DNA of 64,000 nucleotides, from NCBI GenBank assembly GCA_963702845.1, contig OY969763.1:3232001-3296000 (forward strand). Direction: 5' to 3'. The first letter of the stretch is position 1. Each line of letters opens with the position of its first letter. The notes beneath the pieces are model-generated. The model had not been told where the DNA came from, searched no databases, and was given only the letters and a program-made list of their open reading frames with translations. The DNA is from an uncultured Verrucomicrobiae bacterium (GTDB lineage Bacteria > Verrucomicrobiota > Verrucomicrobiia > Limisphaerales > Palsa-1400). The translations under genes were made by a program, and so were the position numbers. Shown piece after piece: positions 1 through 8,595 of the stretch.

Positions 1-348
1 GGACGCGTGAGTGACGCTGTTGATCGGGAACGGCGTGTGATTGTTGGCGACGCCGTTGAGATGGTTGTAGCGTCCGGTGAGGAACGCGGCACGGCTGGGC
101 GCACACAGCGAACTGGTGACAAAGGCGTTGCGAAAGCGCACTCCCTCCGCCGCAAGTCGGTCCATATTGGGCGTCTTAAACCATGGAAAGCGCCCATGCT
201 CACCTTGTTCGCGTTGCACAACGCTCATCGCATCGTAACGCTGGTCATCAGTGTAAATGAACAGGAAATTAGGCCGCGCATCGGCGGCGGGAGCGGCCTG
301 AAGCATCGGCGCAAGCAGTGAGCAAAGGAGCAGAATAGTTATTCTCAT
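1..348 (-). CDS. Sulfatase (formylglycine-dependent, S1 family), 5' part; runs off the window edge
   Basis: Manual minus-strand translation from ATG at 348: MRITILLLCSLLAPMLQAAPAADARPNFLFIYTDDQRYD...KTPNMDRLAAEGVRFRNAFVTSSLCAPSRAAFLTGRY. Signal peptide, PN-hydrophobic-DD motif and CxPxR...TGR sulfatase signature. Absent from the ORF track. Confidence 0.95.
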   Translation of the reverse strand, partial: MRITILLLCSLLAPMLQAAPAADARPNFLFIYTDDQRYDAMSVVQREQGEHGRFPWFKTPNMDRLAAEGVRFRNAFVTSSLCAPSRAAFLTGRYNHLNGVANNHTPFPINSVTHAS

Positions 349-432
349 TACGTTGTCGGTTAACGATACAAAGATGGACATGGAGACGGTGTTGGACGGG
401 CAAAGGTAACTGACTGCGTCGAATAGCTGCTT

Positions 433-578
433 GCCATTCGGATCTCTCGATCTTTTTTTACATTGGTGAGAGAAGGTTTATGCGATGCGTGAAAACGCGC
501 CGCCATATCGACTCGTAAACTCAAAGAATCCTAAGAATCCGTTAGCGAACTGTTGTCGTTCGCTTACATATGTGCCGG
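433..578 (+). repeat. Dispersed element, module A copy 1 (multi-hairpin segment)
   Basis: gccattcgg...ggtgagagaaggtttatgcgatgcgtgaaaacgcgccgccatat...aaactcaaagaatcctaagaatccgttagcgaactgttgtcgttcgc...gtgccgg aligns by eye with 23185-23495 and 28360-28502. Confidence 0.9.
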
Positions 579-808
579 TCGTGTTGACCGACCACGCGAT
601 AAAAACGCGTGCCGGGACTTGGATCACAAGTTGACGTCCCTCATAGCAGGAATTTGCTGTTTGTCCGCTAGCGTGAGCAGAAAATTCGCCTCCAAATGCG
701 GAAAAGCGTAGAAAAAATTAAAACGAACGTTTACACTCGCGCCCATGCCCAGTCCTGCACCGATTGCGAGCGGTTGTTATCTTGCATTAGCTATGCCCTG
801 ACCTCTCC

Positions 809-3800
809 ATGACGGGTTCCAACCAAAACCCATTTCAATCGCCCGTTCCAGGCCCTCGCAGGAAAGTCCGGCCCGGGTTATTTTTCATACTCACCATCGT
901 CGGGTTGGCGTTGCTTATTGCTGGGGGCGGCTGGCTTTACTATGGGCATCAAAGCGACAAGGCGCGACGGATGGCTCACGAGGTGGTCTCGATGGTTTCG
1001 GCGATGCGAGCGTCTGACCTGTCGCATTGGTATGGGGAACGCGTCGGGGACATGGAAGTCGCGCGCATGGGCCTGGATCCACAACTGGTCCTGACCAAGA
1101 CTCCCCGCAGCAAGCCGGAGAACGTTGCCCTGCGGTTGGAGAATTTTCGGCGGGTTTACGATTACGCGGCCGTGATTCTCGTCGATACCAACAACGTGAT
1201 CCAGGCAATCGCGCCAACGAATTTTTCGCTAAACTGTTCTATTCTGGACCGCAGCGTGCAAGCGGCTTTGCAGAGCGATGGATTGGTGCGTTCGGACTTG
1301 CGTGATATTGAAAACGGAAAACCATCGCCGTTCTTTTGGTGGTCGCACCCGGTCTACGCGTTAATGAAAACAAACGGGACGCAGGTCGGCACGATTTCGC
1401 TGGTCATTGATCTGGAAAAGTTCGTGTTTCCGAGATTGTCGAGCTGGCCGGTGCCGACTCAAACGGGACGGTCGGTGCTGGTGTGGCGGACCAACGATCT
1501 CGTCGTATATCGTACGGCGACGGATTGCCAGACGGTCAAACAAACCAGCCGCCATGTCAGCCACGAACGCCCGACCTTAACGGAGTTGGCCACGCAGGGC
1601 GCGAGCGGAATCTTCGACGCGCAGGATGCTCACGGCGTGCCGGTCATCGTGGCACAAACGCCGGTGGAAGGAACGCCATGGATGATCCAAAGCAGGATCA
1701 ATGAAAGTGAAGCCCTGGGATTTTTGCGGCGCGAATCATGGCAAGTCACCTTCATCATCGGCCTGTTGCTGATTACGGTTGGGTTGGGTGCCAGCTCCTA
1801 TTGGCGGCGCCAGATGCTTGCTTCGACACGAGAAAGCGAAGAAAGAATGCGCGTGTTGATCGACGACGCGCCAGAAGGCGTCGCAATCTGTCGCGATGGC
1901 AAAACGCTCTACGCCAACGCAACGTTCTTGCAGATGTTCGGTTATGGCGACCTCAATGAAGTCGCCGGAAAAGCGGTGGCCGAATTTTGGTGGACCGGCG
2001 ATAAAGCGACCGTTGCGGAGCGGGTCAAGCAGAAGGAATTTGAATTCCTCGCGGAATTCGATTTCGTGGAGGAATACGAAGGCACGGCCCAGCAAAAAGA
2101 CGGAACCGAGTTTCCAATTCGTGTTACGAAGAAGGGCGTCATGTTACGCGACGGCCGCGCGGAACTGGCATTCGTCCGCGATATCACCGACCGCAAAGCG
2201 GCCGAGGAAGGCGTTCAGCGCTTGAACCGCCTGTATGCCGTCTTGAGCGGCATCAACAATTTGATCGTCCGTGAGCGAGACCTGGATGTGATCTTTCAGC
2301 GCGCCTGCGAATTGGCAGTGAACGTTGGCGAGTTTCGCATGGCTTGGGTGAGCAAGCTTGATGGCGAAACGCGCCAGATCACACCGGTCGCCTGCGCCGG
2401 CGTCGTTGAAGGCTATCTCGATCGGGTTGACATCCATATGGACGACGCCTTACGTCGATCCGGGCCGGTGGGCCAGGCGTTTGTCACGGGCGAACACCAG
2501 ATCATCAACGACATCGAAAACGATCCGCGCATGGCGCCGTGGCGTGCCGACGCGTTGAAACGCGGCTACGGCTCCTCCGGCGTTTTTCCGCTGAAGGTCG
2601 CCGGCAAGTTGGTCGCTGCGATCGCGCTCTATGGGCCGGAGAAAAACTGGTTCGACGCCGAAGAGTTGCGTTTGTTGGATGGTTTGGCGGGCGACATCAG
2701 CTTCGCCATAGAAGTCTATCAAAAGGAACAAGTCCGGGAATTGGCCGAAACGAATTTGCGCGCCAGCGAAGAGCGGTTCCGGCGCTTGATCGAGAATGCT
2801 TCCGACATTATCACGGTGCTGAACAAAGATGGCGTGCAGCAATTTGTTGGGCCGTCCGTTAAACGCGTGCTGGGATGGGAGCCGGAAGAACTCTTGAACC
2901 GCAACGTGCTCGAATTCATCGAACCGCAGGACTGCGAAAAGACTCTGAGCGCGTTGCAACAGGCGTTAAGCGATCCTTCTGCGACCGTGCGCGTGGAATG
3001 TCGGTTTCGGCATCGCGACGGTTCCTGGCGCACGATGGAAACGGTCGGGCGCAACATTCCAGGCCTCTCCGCCGATGGCTACATGGTCATCAATTCGCGC
3101 GACATCACCGAGAGCCGCAAACTCGAAGAACTCTTTCGACAGGCGCAAAAGATGGACGGCATCGGGCAACTGGCCGGCGGCGTGGCGCATGACTTCAACA
3201 ACATTCTCGCCGCGATGATGATGCAGACCGAGTTGCTGCAAAATTCAAAGGATCTGCGGCCGGAAGTTGTCGAGGGCCTCAATCAAATCAACAGCTTTTC
3301 GGAGCGCGCCGCCAACCTGACGCGACAGCTTCTGTTGTTCAGCCGCAGGCAGGTCTTGCAACCGCGCGACCTTGATTTGAACGGGCTGATTTCGAACATG
3401 ACCCGCATGTTGGAGAGGATCATTGGCGAACAATATTCACTGCGACTAAAATTATCCCCGCAACCGGTTGTGACCTGCGCCGACCCGGGAATGGTCGACC
3501 AGGTGCTGTTGAACCTCGTCAACAACGCGCGCGACGCCATGAGTGGCGGCGGAGAAATAGTCGTGGAGACCGGCGAAACAACCTTGAACGCGGCGCAGGC
3601 TAAATCGATACCCGACGCGGTCGAGGGCCGGTATGTTTACTTGAGCGTCACCGACCGTGGCACAGGCATTTCACCGCAAAACTTGAAACACGTTTTCGAA
3701 CCGTTCTTCACGACGAAAGCTCCCGGCAAAGGAACTGGCCTCGGTTTAGCCACGGTCTTTGGCATCGTGCAATCGCATCGCGGCTTCATCACCGTGAAAA

Positions 3801-4273
3801 GCGATGTCGGTCGCGGCACAACGTTCCAGATCAATTTGCCACTGGTTTTAACCAAGCCAGGCCCGAAAATCGACACATCACTTATCAACAAAACCAACGG
3901 CGGCACGGAAACCATTTTCGTCGTCGAAGACGAAGGAGCAGTGCGTGAACTGACGCGCACGATTTTGGAAGCGTCCGGCTACAAGGTGATCGAAGCCGTC
4001 AACGGCGTGGAAGCCCAGCGCATTTGGAGGGAGATCAAGGGAGAAGTTCATCTGCTCTTTACCGACATGGTGATGCCAGAGGGCGTGAGCGGTTGGGAGT
4101 TGGCGAACAAATTCCTGATGCAAAAACCCAATTTGAGAGTGGTTTTCGCCAGCGGTTACAGCGCTGAATACGCCAGCCGCGAGTTGAATTTGAAGAAGGG
4201 CCAGATATTCCTGCAAAAGCCATACTCCTCGAAACAAATCCTCAACGTCGTCCGGAAATGTTTGGAGACCTGA
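809..4273 (+). CDS. Membrane-bound hybrid sensor histidine kinase (periplasmic sensor, PAS-GAF-PAS, HisKA, HATPase, receiver)
   Basis: Two TM segments, PAS/GAF-like segments, H-box GVAHDFNNIL, N-box LNLVNNARDAM, FEPFFTTK and GTGLGL G-boxes, C-terminal receiver VVEDE...TDMVMP...SGY...KP. Confidence 0.95.
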   Translation: MTGSNQNPFQSPVPGPRRKVRPGLFFILTIVGLALLIAGGGWLYYGHQSDKARRMAHEVVSMVSAMRASDLSHWYGERVGDMEVARMGLDPQLVLTKTPRSKPENVALRLENFRRVYDYAAVILVDTNNVIQAIAPTNFSLNCSILDRSVQAALQSDGLVRSDLRDIENGKPSPFFWWSHPVYALMKTNGTQVGTISLVIDLEKFVFPRLSSWPVPTQTGRSVLVWRTNDLVVYRTATDCQTVKQTSRHVSHERPTLTELATQGASGIFDAQDAHGVPVIVAQTPVEGTPWMIQSRINESEALGFLRRESWQVTFIIGLLLITVGLGASSYWRRQMLASTRESEERMRVLIDDAPEGVAICRDGKTLYANATFLQMFGYGDLNEVAGKAVAEFWWTGDKATVAERVKQKEFEFLAEFDFVEEYEGTAQQKDGTEFPIRVTKKGVMLRDGRAELAFVRDITDRKAAEEGVQRLNRLYAVLSGINNLIVRERDLDVIFQRACELAVNVGEFRMAWVSKLDGETRQITPVACAGVVEGYLDRVDIHMDDALRRSGPVGQAFVTGEHQIINDIENDPRMAPWRADALKRGYGSSGVFPLKVAGKLVAAIALYGPEKNWFDAEELRLLDGLAGDISFAIEVYQKEQVRELAETNLRASEERFRRLIENASDIITVLNKDGVQQFVGPSVKRVLGWEPEELLNRNVLEFIEPQDCEKTLSALQQALSDPSATVRVECRFRHRDGSWRTMETVGRNIPGLSADGYMVINSRDITESRKLEELFRQAQKMDGIGQLAGGVAHDFNNILAAMMMQTELLQNSKDLRPEVVEGLNQINSFSERAANLTRQLLLFSRRQVLQPRDLDLNGLISNMTRMLERIIGEQYSLRLKLSPQPVVTCADPGMVDQVLLNLVNNARDAMSGGGEIVVETGETTLNAAQAKSIPDAVEGRYVYLSVTDRGTGISPQNLKHVFEPFFTTKAPGKGTGLGLATVFGIVQSHRGFITVKSDVGRGTTFQINLPLVLTKPGPKIDTSLINKTNGGTETIFVVEDEGAVRELTRTILEASGYKVIEAVNGVEAQRIWREIKGEVHLLFTDMVMPEGVSGWELANKFLMQKPNLRVVFASGYSAEYASRELNLKKGQIFLQKPYSSKQILNVVRKCLET

Positions 4274-4296
4274 GGTGTGATCCTAAAGAGTAACTA

Positions 4297-4336
4297 ATAG
4301 ATGGCATGAATGCTGGCTGGCGGCAACGAAGCTACG
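4297..4336 (+). repeat. Dispersed element, module C copy 1 (truncated)
   Basis: atagatggcatgaatgctggc..ggcaacgaag(---)ctacg matches the copies at 14109, 17122 and 17828; overlaps the kinase stop codon. Confidence 0.75.
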
Positions 4337-7040
4337 CTTTGTACATTCCCATTTTTTGCTTCCAGTAAAGGAGTTGTCTTGCCGCCTCGGCGTGATTTTG
4401 TTGCTGCGCTTTCTCCAGCGAGGTGAGTCCTTCAGCATGGCGCTGAAGCACAAGCGATGCTATCCCGTGGCGATACCACGCCTCGCCACTCTGCGGATTT
4501 AGCGCCAAAGCTCGGTTGAACAATTGCACCGCCTCATCAAACCGCTGGCCTTGCATTGCAGTCGAGCCACGTGACATTAAGTCTTCAACTGTAGAAGGTG
4601 ATCCGTCCTCGGATCTGAGGACATGCTTTCGCACGTCCGCTGACGTCCACGAGGCCTTGACTGTGACCATTTTCTCGGGAGGACGTTGCGGCTGACACGA
4701 ACGAATGCCTTGGTCCGCCTGCCCATGCCCGAGTTTCTTCGCCTGTTCAAAGCACGGCAAAGCCTCCGCCGGACGCTTCAATGTTTGCAACAGGAATACA
4801 CCTTTATTGAACCAGCCGTTGCGCGGATTGATTGGAATGTGCGCATCGCAAGCCGCAAGGGCTTCGTCATTACGTCCAAGTTTAGTAAATAGAACAATTT
4901 TGTTGGTCCACGCATCTTCAATGCCGGGGTGAATCGACAGTGCCATGTCAAAGCACAAAAGCGCCTCACCGTCTCGGCCAAGCTCGACCAGTATTGTGCC
5001 TTTTCTAGCCCAGCCAAGAGCATAACGAGGATTCAAAGATACTGCGCGTTCTGAAGCCGCCAGTGCTTCTTCGCATCGCCCCAATGCGTGAAGCGCCTCT
5101 CCTTTACTGGACCAAAGCTGTTCGGAACGGTCGTTGATGCGCAAACCAGTCTCGAAAGATGTCAATGCACCTTCGGGTCGAGCCGACGCCTTCAGTGCCG
5201 TGCCATGTAAACCCCAAACGTCCCAGCGTTGTTGATTCAGCTCAAGGGTCCGCTCGAACCATGCTCCAGCCTCTTCCCACCTTCCGCTCTGGGCCGCTTC
5301 GACACCTCGATTAAAAAATTCCTCAATGGTACCCTCAACTTTTTCAGGCAGAAGACCGTCATCATCGATCGACGGGTTGATGGTCACGGCTAATCCGGGG
5401 TTCGCATTTTCCGATGGGTTGGGATAAAAAGTTTTGCCCGGTTGCAAATTCGCCTCATAGCTCAGACGATTTATAACATCAAACCCATTGCCGCTCGCCC
5501 TGTCATGACAAGCAATGAGTTGAACGCCCAGGGCGAATTCGCTGTTCGTAGGATTGAGCCGCAGAGCGTATTCGAAATGGGCCAACGCATCGTTCCTTCG
5601 ACCCAAGGCAGCCAGTCTCCAGCCTTTCCCTACAAGCGCCGCGCGATGCCGCGGACTGAGCTTTAACGCCTGTTCATAACACTCCAATGCTTCCTGCTGG
5701 CGATTAACGTAAGCTAGCATGCATCCCTTGTTCACCCAGGCATTAACATTTGCCGGATTGAGATTTAGCGTGGTATTGAAACACTCGAGCGCTTTCTCGC
5801 GCTCATTATACCGCACAAGGGCATGTCCCTTTTTAAGCCAGACGTAGTCGTTCGAAACCGTCATGCCCAACGCCTTGTCAAAAAGAGGCATCACCTCAGC
5901 CATCGGTATCCTGAGCTGAACGAGATTCGCCGCGCGGTCCGCCAGCGCCATAGGATCGGGTGGTGACGTCAATTCTGGCAACGCCCCCTCTCGCCCCGTT
6001 AGTTCAAGGTAAAGGTCACAAAGTCGCTCTCGCAGGATGCCGAAGTTTCCAATGCGGTCCTTCGCTCGTTTAGCTAGACAACCGGCGACAATGCCGTTCA
6101 ACTTTTTTACAACATCCGCAGAAACATTGGCGTGAGTTTGTAATGGTGGCGGCGGTTTCGTTGCGTGCAGTTTGAAATACTCCTCCGGCCTTGAACCGAC
6201 AAATGGCAAACGTCCGCACACCATTTGAAACAACATCACGCCAAAAGAGTAAACGTCCGCCGTTACATCCACATGTTTGGCATCTATGAATTGCTCGGGT
6301 GCCATATACGGCGTCGTCCCGGCGGCAGTCCCTGTGCGGCTCAGACTTGCGTGTAAGTTTTGTTCTCGCGCAACGACGCGCTCCTCAGAACTGCCAGACT
6401 CCTTGCCGTCAGAATTGACATTCGGTCGAAACACAGAATCATCGAACGCCTTGGCTAATCCGAAATCAGTCACCTTTAACACACCCTCCTTTGTGACAAG
6501 GCAATTCCCCGGCTTAATATCGCGATGTGCCACGATCCCTTTGGCCAGGATATGTTGCATACCATCGCAAAACTGGATCGCGAGTTGAAGCACTCGCGCC
6601 AGATCGTGAATTAGAGCCGGCGTCCCGATCCATTTCCCGAGGTCACCGCCTTCTATAAATTCCAAAAAGAGAAATGGCAGATAAAGGCCACCGAGGGTTT
6701 TACCCGCCCTCGGATGAGCGGGGCCGAATCGGTGAATGACGCCGACATTTGAAACAAAGAGTGCTTGGACAACATTGGGATGCGGATCGAGTTTCACCCA
6801 GGTGAGCGCCTCCTTTTCAAATTTAGCTTGGACATCGGCCGTTCGGGAGTCCCACATCTCCCACTGAAATCCCTTCATCGCCAGCCGCCGCTGCAATTGG
6901 TGATCGAAAACAATGTAAACGCGCCCCATGCCGCCCTGTAACACATCTAGGACTTCCCAACGCCCCTGCTCATGACCTTCGTCAATACGCGTTCCTTTTA
7001 TCCAGTCGTTCCAACATCGCGTGATTTTCATGGTGAACAA
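4332..7040 (-). CDS. Hanks-type Ser/Thr protein kinase with C-terminal TPR repeats
   Basis: GGMGRVY, AMK, HRDIKPGN, TDFGLAK, GTTPYMAPE and DVYSFG motifs, followed by many 34-aa TPRs (AWVNKG...EALECYEQALKLSP). The start may be the ATG at 7031. Confidence 0.95.
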   Translation of the reverse strand: MFTMKITRCWNDWIKGTRIDEGHEQGRWEVLDVLQGGMGRVYIVFDHQLQRRLAMKGFQWEMWDSRTADVQAKFEKEALTWVKLDPHPNVVQALFVSNVGVIHRFGPAHPRAGKTLGGLYLPFLFLEFIEGGDLGKWIGTPALIHDLARVLQLAIQFCDGMQHILAKGIVAHRDIKPGNCLVTKEGVLKVTDFGLAKAFDDSVFRPNVNSDGKESGSSEERVVAREQNLHASLSRTGTAAGTTPYMAPEQFIDAKHVDVTADVYSFGVMLFQMVCGRLPFVGSRPEEYFKLHATKPPPPLQTHANVSADVVKKLNGIVAGCLAKRAKDRIGNFGILRERLCDLYLELTGREGALPELTSPPDPMALADRAANLVQLRIPMAEVMPLFDKALGMTVSNDYVWLKKGHALVRYNEREKALECFNTTLNLNPANVNAWVNKGCMLAYVNRQQEALECYEQALKLSPRHRAALVGKGWRLAALGRRNDALAHFEYALRLNPTNSEFALGVQLIACHDRASGNGFDVINRLSYEANLQPGKTFYPNPSENANPGLAVTINPSIDDDGLLPEKVEGTIEEFFNRGVEAAQSGRWEEAGAWFERTLELNQQRWDVWGLHGTALKASARPEGALTSFETGLRINDRSEQLWSSKGEALHALGRCEEALAASERAVSLNPRYALGWARKGTILVELGRDGEALLCFDMALSIHPGIEDAWTNKIVLFTKLGRNDEALAACDAHIPINPRNGWFNKGVFLLQTLKRPAEALPCFEQAKKLGHGQADQGIRSCQPQRPPEKMVTVKASWTSADVRKHVLRSEDGSPSTVEDLMSRGSTAMQGQRFDEAVQLFNRALALNPQSGEAWYRHGIASLVLQRHAEGLTSLEKAQQQNHAEAARQLLYWKQKMGMYKA

Positions 7041-7167
7041 TTCCAGTTAGTTGACCGCGTCTTTTATAAAAACAGCACTTTGTTTTTTGTCCGATGGTGC
7101 GGCAGAACTCATTCAGCCCGACCGGCCCTGAAGCTGAATGTTTTTAGCCAACTGCAGAATATTCCGG

Positions 7168-7893
7168 CTATTGCTGTTCTTTGTTTACGATATTGACCAT
7201 TTGGAACCCGGTCCGTCCGCCGGCTCGCAAGTGAGCGATGCATTGCAATTCGTGCAGCGCATTTTGGTCCCGCGGGTCGATTTCAAGGCACTTCTTGTAA
7301 AGATGCTCGGCGTCGTCGATCTTGCCGAGTTCCACCAATACGAATGCCTGGCCTCTCAAAGCGCGCCGCCTGGCGATATTACCATTGCGGTCATCTTCGG
7401 GCGTATTGCTCAGCGCTCGAGCGAAACACTCAAGGGCTTTGTCCCAAACGCGTGTGCTTTGGTAACTGTAACCAAGTTCGCATAAGAAATCGGTATTCAT
7501 CGGTGAAAGCGTCACCGCCTTACTCATATGTTCAATTGCCTGATTGAGGTCTCGTTGTTCGACAGCGATGAAACCCTTGAGGAAGTAGGCGTGGGCGTAG
7601 CCGAAGGAGACCACAATTGCAGTCACCTTATCTTTGACGGCCAAACCTAGACAGCAAAGCGTGTCCATGGGCCCGTTGGCACAGTAAACTCGCTCTGTTC
7701 TGCTTCCGTATTGTTGTTCGAACTCACGAATTACCGGATTGATGAAGTTATCGAGAACGGCCTGAAAGTTGCCTTCGTGCACCATCTGCCAGATCTGCTC
7801 GTGGCACGCGCTGTATCGATCGAGATGAGGGGATTCAGACGGTGAGGCAGGCGTCTCATTATCGTTTCGACCGGAAGGGTTCGATAAACTCAT
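7168..7893 (-). CDS. TPR-repeat protein
   Basis: AYFLKGFIAVE...AIEHMSKAVTLSP, ELGYSY...KALECFARAL and GQAFVLVELGKIDDAEHLYKKCLEIDP repeats. Confidence 0.85.
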   Translation of the reverse strand: MSLSNPSGRNDNETPASPSESPHLDRYSACHEQIWQMVHEGNFQAVLDNFINPVIREFEQQYGSRTERVYCANGPMDTLCCLGLAVKDKVTAIVVSFGYAHAYFLKGFIAVEQRDLNQAIEHMSKAVTLSPMNTDFLCELGYSYQSTRVWDKALECFARALSNTPEDDRNGNIARRRALRGQAFVLVELGKIDDAEHLYKKCLEIDPRDQNALHELQCIAHLRAGGRTGFQMVNIVNKEQQ

Positions 7894-8048
7894 ATACTTC
7901 CTTTTGCTAGATCAAACATCGAGGTCATATGGTTTTGGCGTGTCCGCCCGGAGCACTCACTGCCAACCGCGAAAAGAGGTAATCCGTCAAATGCACAGAC
8001 CGCCATGTTGTCAGCATACTCTTTTCCACAATAGGAACATTTTTTCAT
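7890..8048 (-). CDS. Small zinc-ribbon protein (52 aa)
   Basis: ATG at 8048 gives MKKCSYCGKEYADNMAVCAFDGLPL (CxxC-x10-CxxD). The stop overlaps the TPR start (ATGA). Same N-terminal motif as the ORF at 30060. Confidence 0.55.
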   Translation of the reverse strand: MKKCSYCGKEYADNMAVCAFDGLPLFAVGSECSGRTRQNHMTSMFDLAKGSI

Positions 8049-8175
8049 TTCGTTGCCGAGGTGTTCAACCATGTTGGGGACGTTGGGTTTGGCTTCTTGT
8101 TTTCCATATCTGATTGGCTTAGTCAACTCAGCATTCTGCTCTGCCCTCGCACAAAATCGATTTTCCGCCATTGTC

Positions 8176-8269
8176 GGGAATTCGCGCGGCACATTCTTGC
8201 GATTTCTTTCCCGGCCTCATATCTTAATCAACTCTGCAGTGCAGGGTTCGATCGACCGGCCCAACTCAT
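8176..8269 (+). repeat. Dispersed element, module B copy (promoter-like sequence plus hairpin)
   Basis: TTGCGA-17 nt-TATCTT at 8197-8225, then aatcaactctgcagtgcagggttcgatcgaccggcccaactcat, matching 18405-18436, 23116-23162 and 28292-28337. Confidence 0.85.
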
Positions 8270-8595
8270 GGCATATCTAAGTGCCGTTCAGGTCTGACAC
8301 CTGCCTTTAATTTTGCATCAACCACGCAAAATGACCGTGCCGGTTGGGCTGACCTGGAAGCTGTTGCCGTCGGTAAGATCGAAGAGGCGTCCGTCTGCAA
8401 AAGCAGTCAGTATTAAGCACTCCCCGACAACTCATTACGAAGGAATTTTGACAATCACTGCTTGACATAGCTCATGCCTATCAGTAAAACGCCGTTACTC
8501 AAAAATTCACCCGTAAACAAATACCGCAGACGATATTTTTGATTTCAAATTAAATCAGGTGATTAGCTCGGTGCCACATCCATCACAAACGCTCC

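Noticed and set aside
7..321. 104-aa + strand ORF
   Set aside because: Antisense shadow of the sulfatase on the minus strand.
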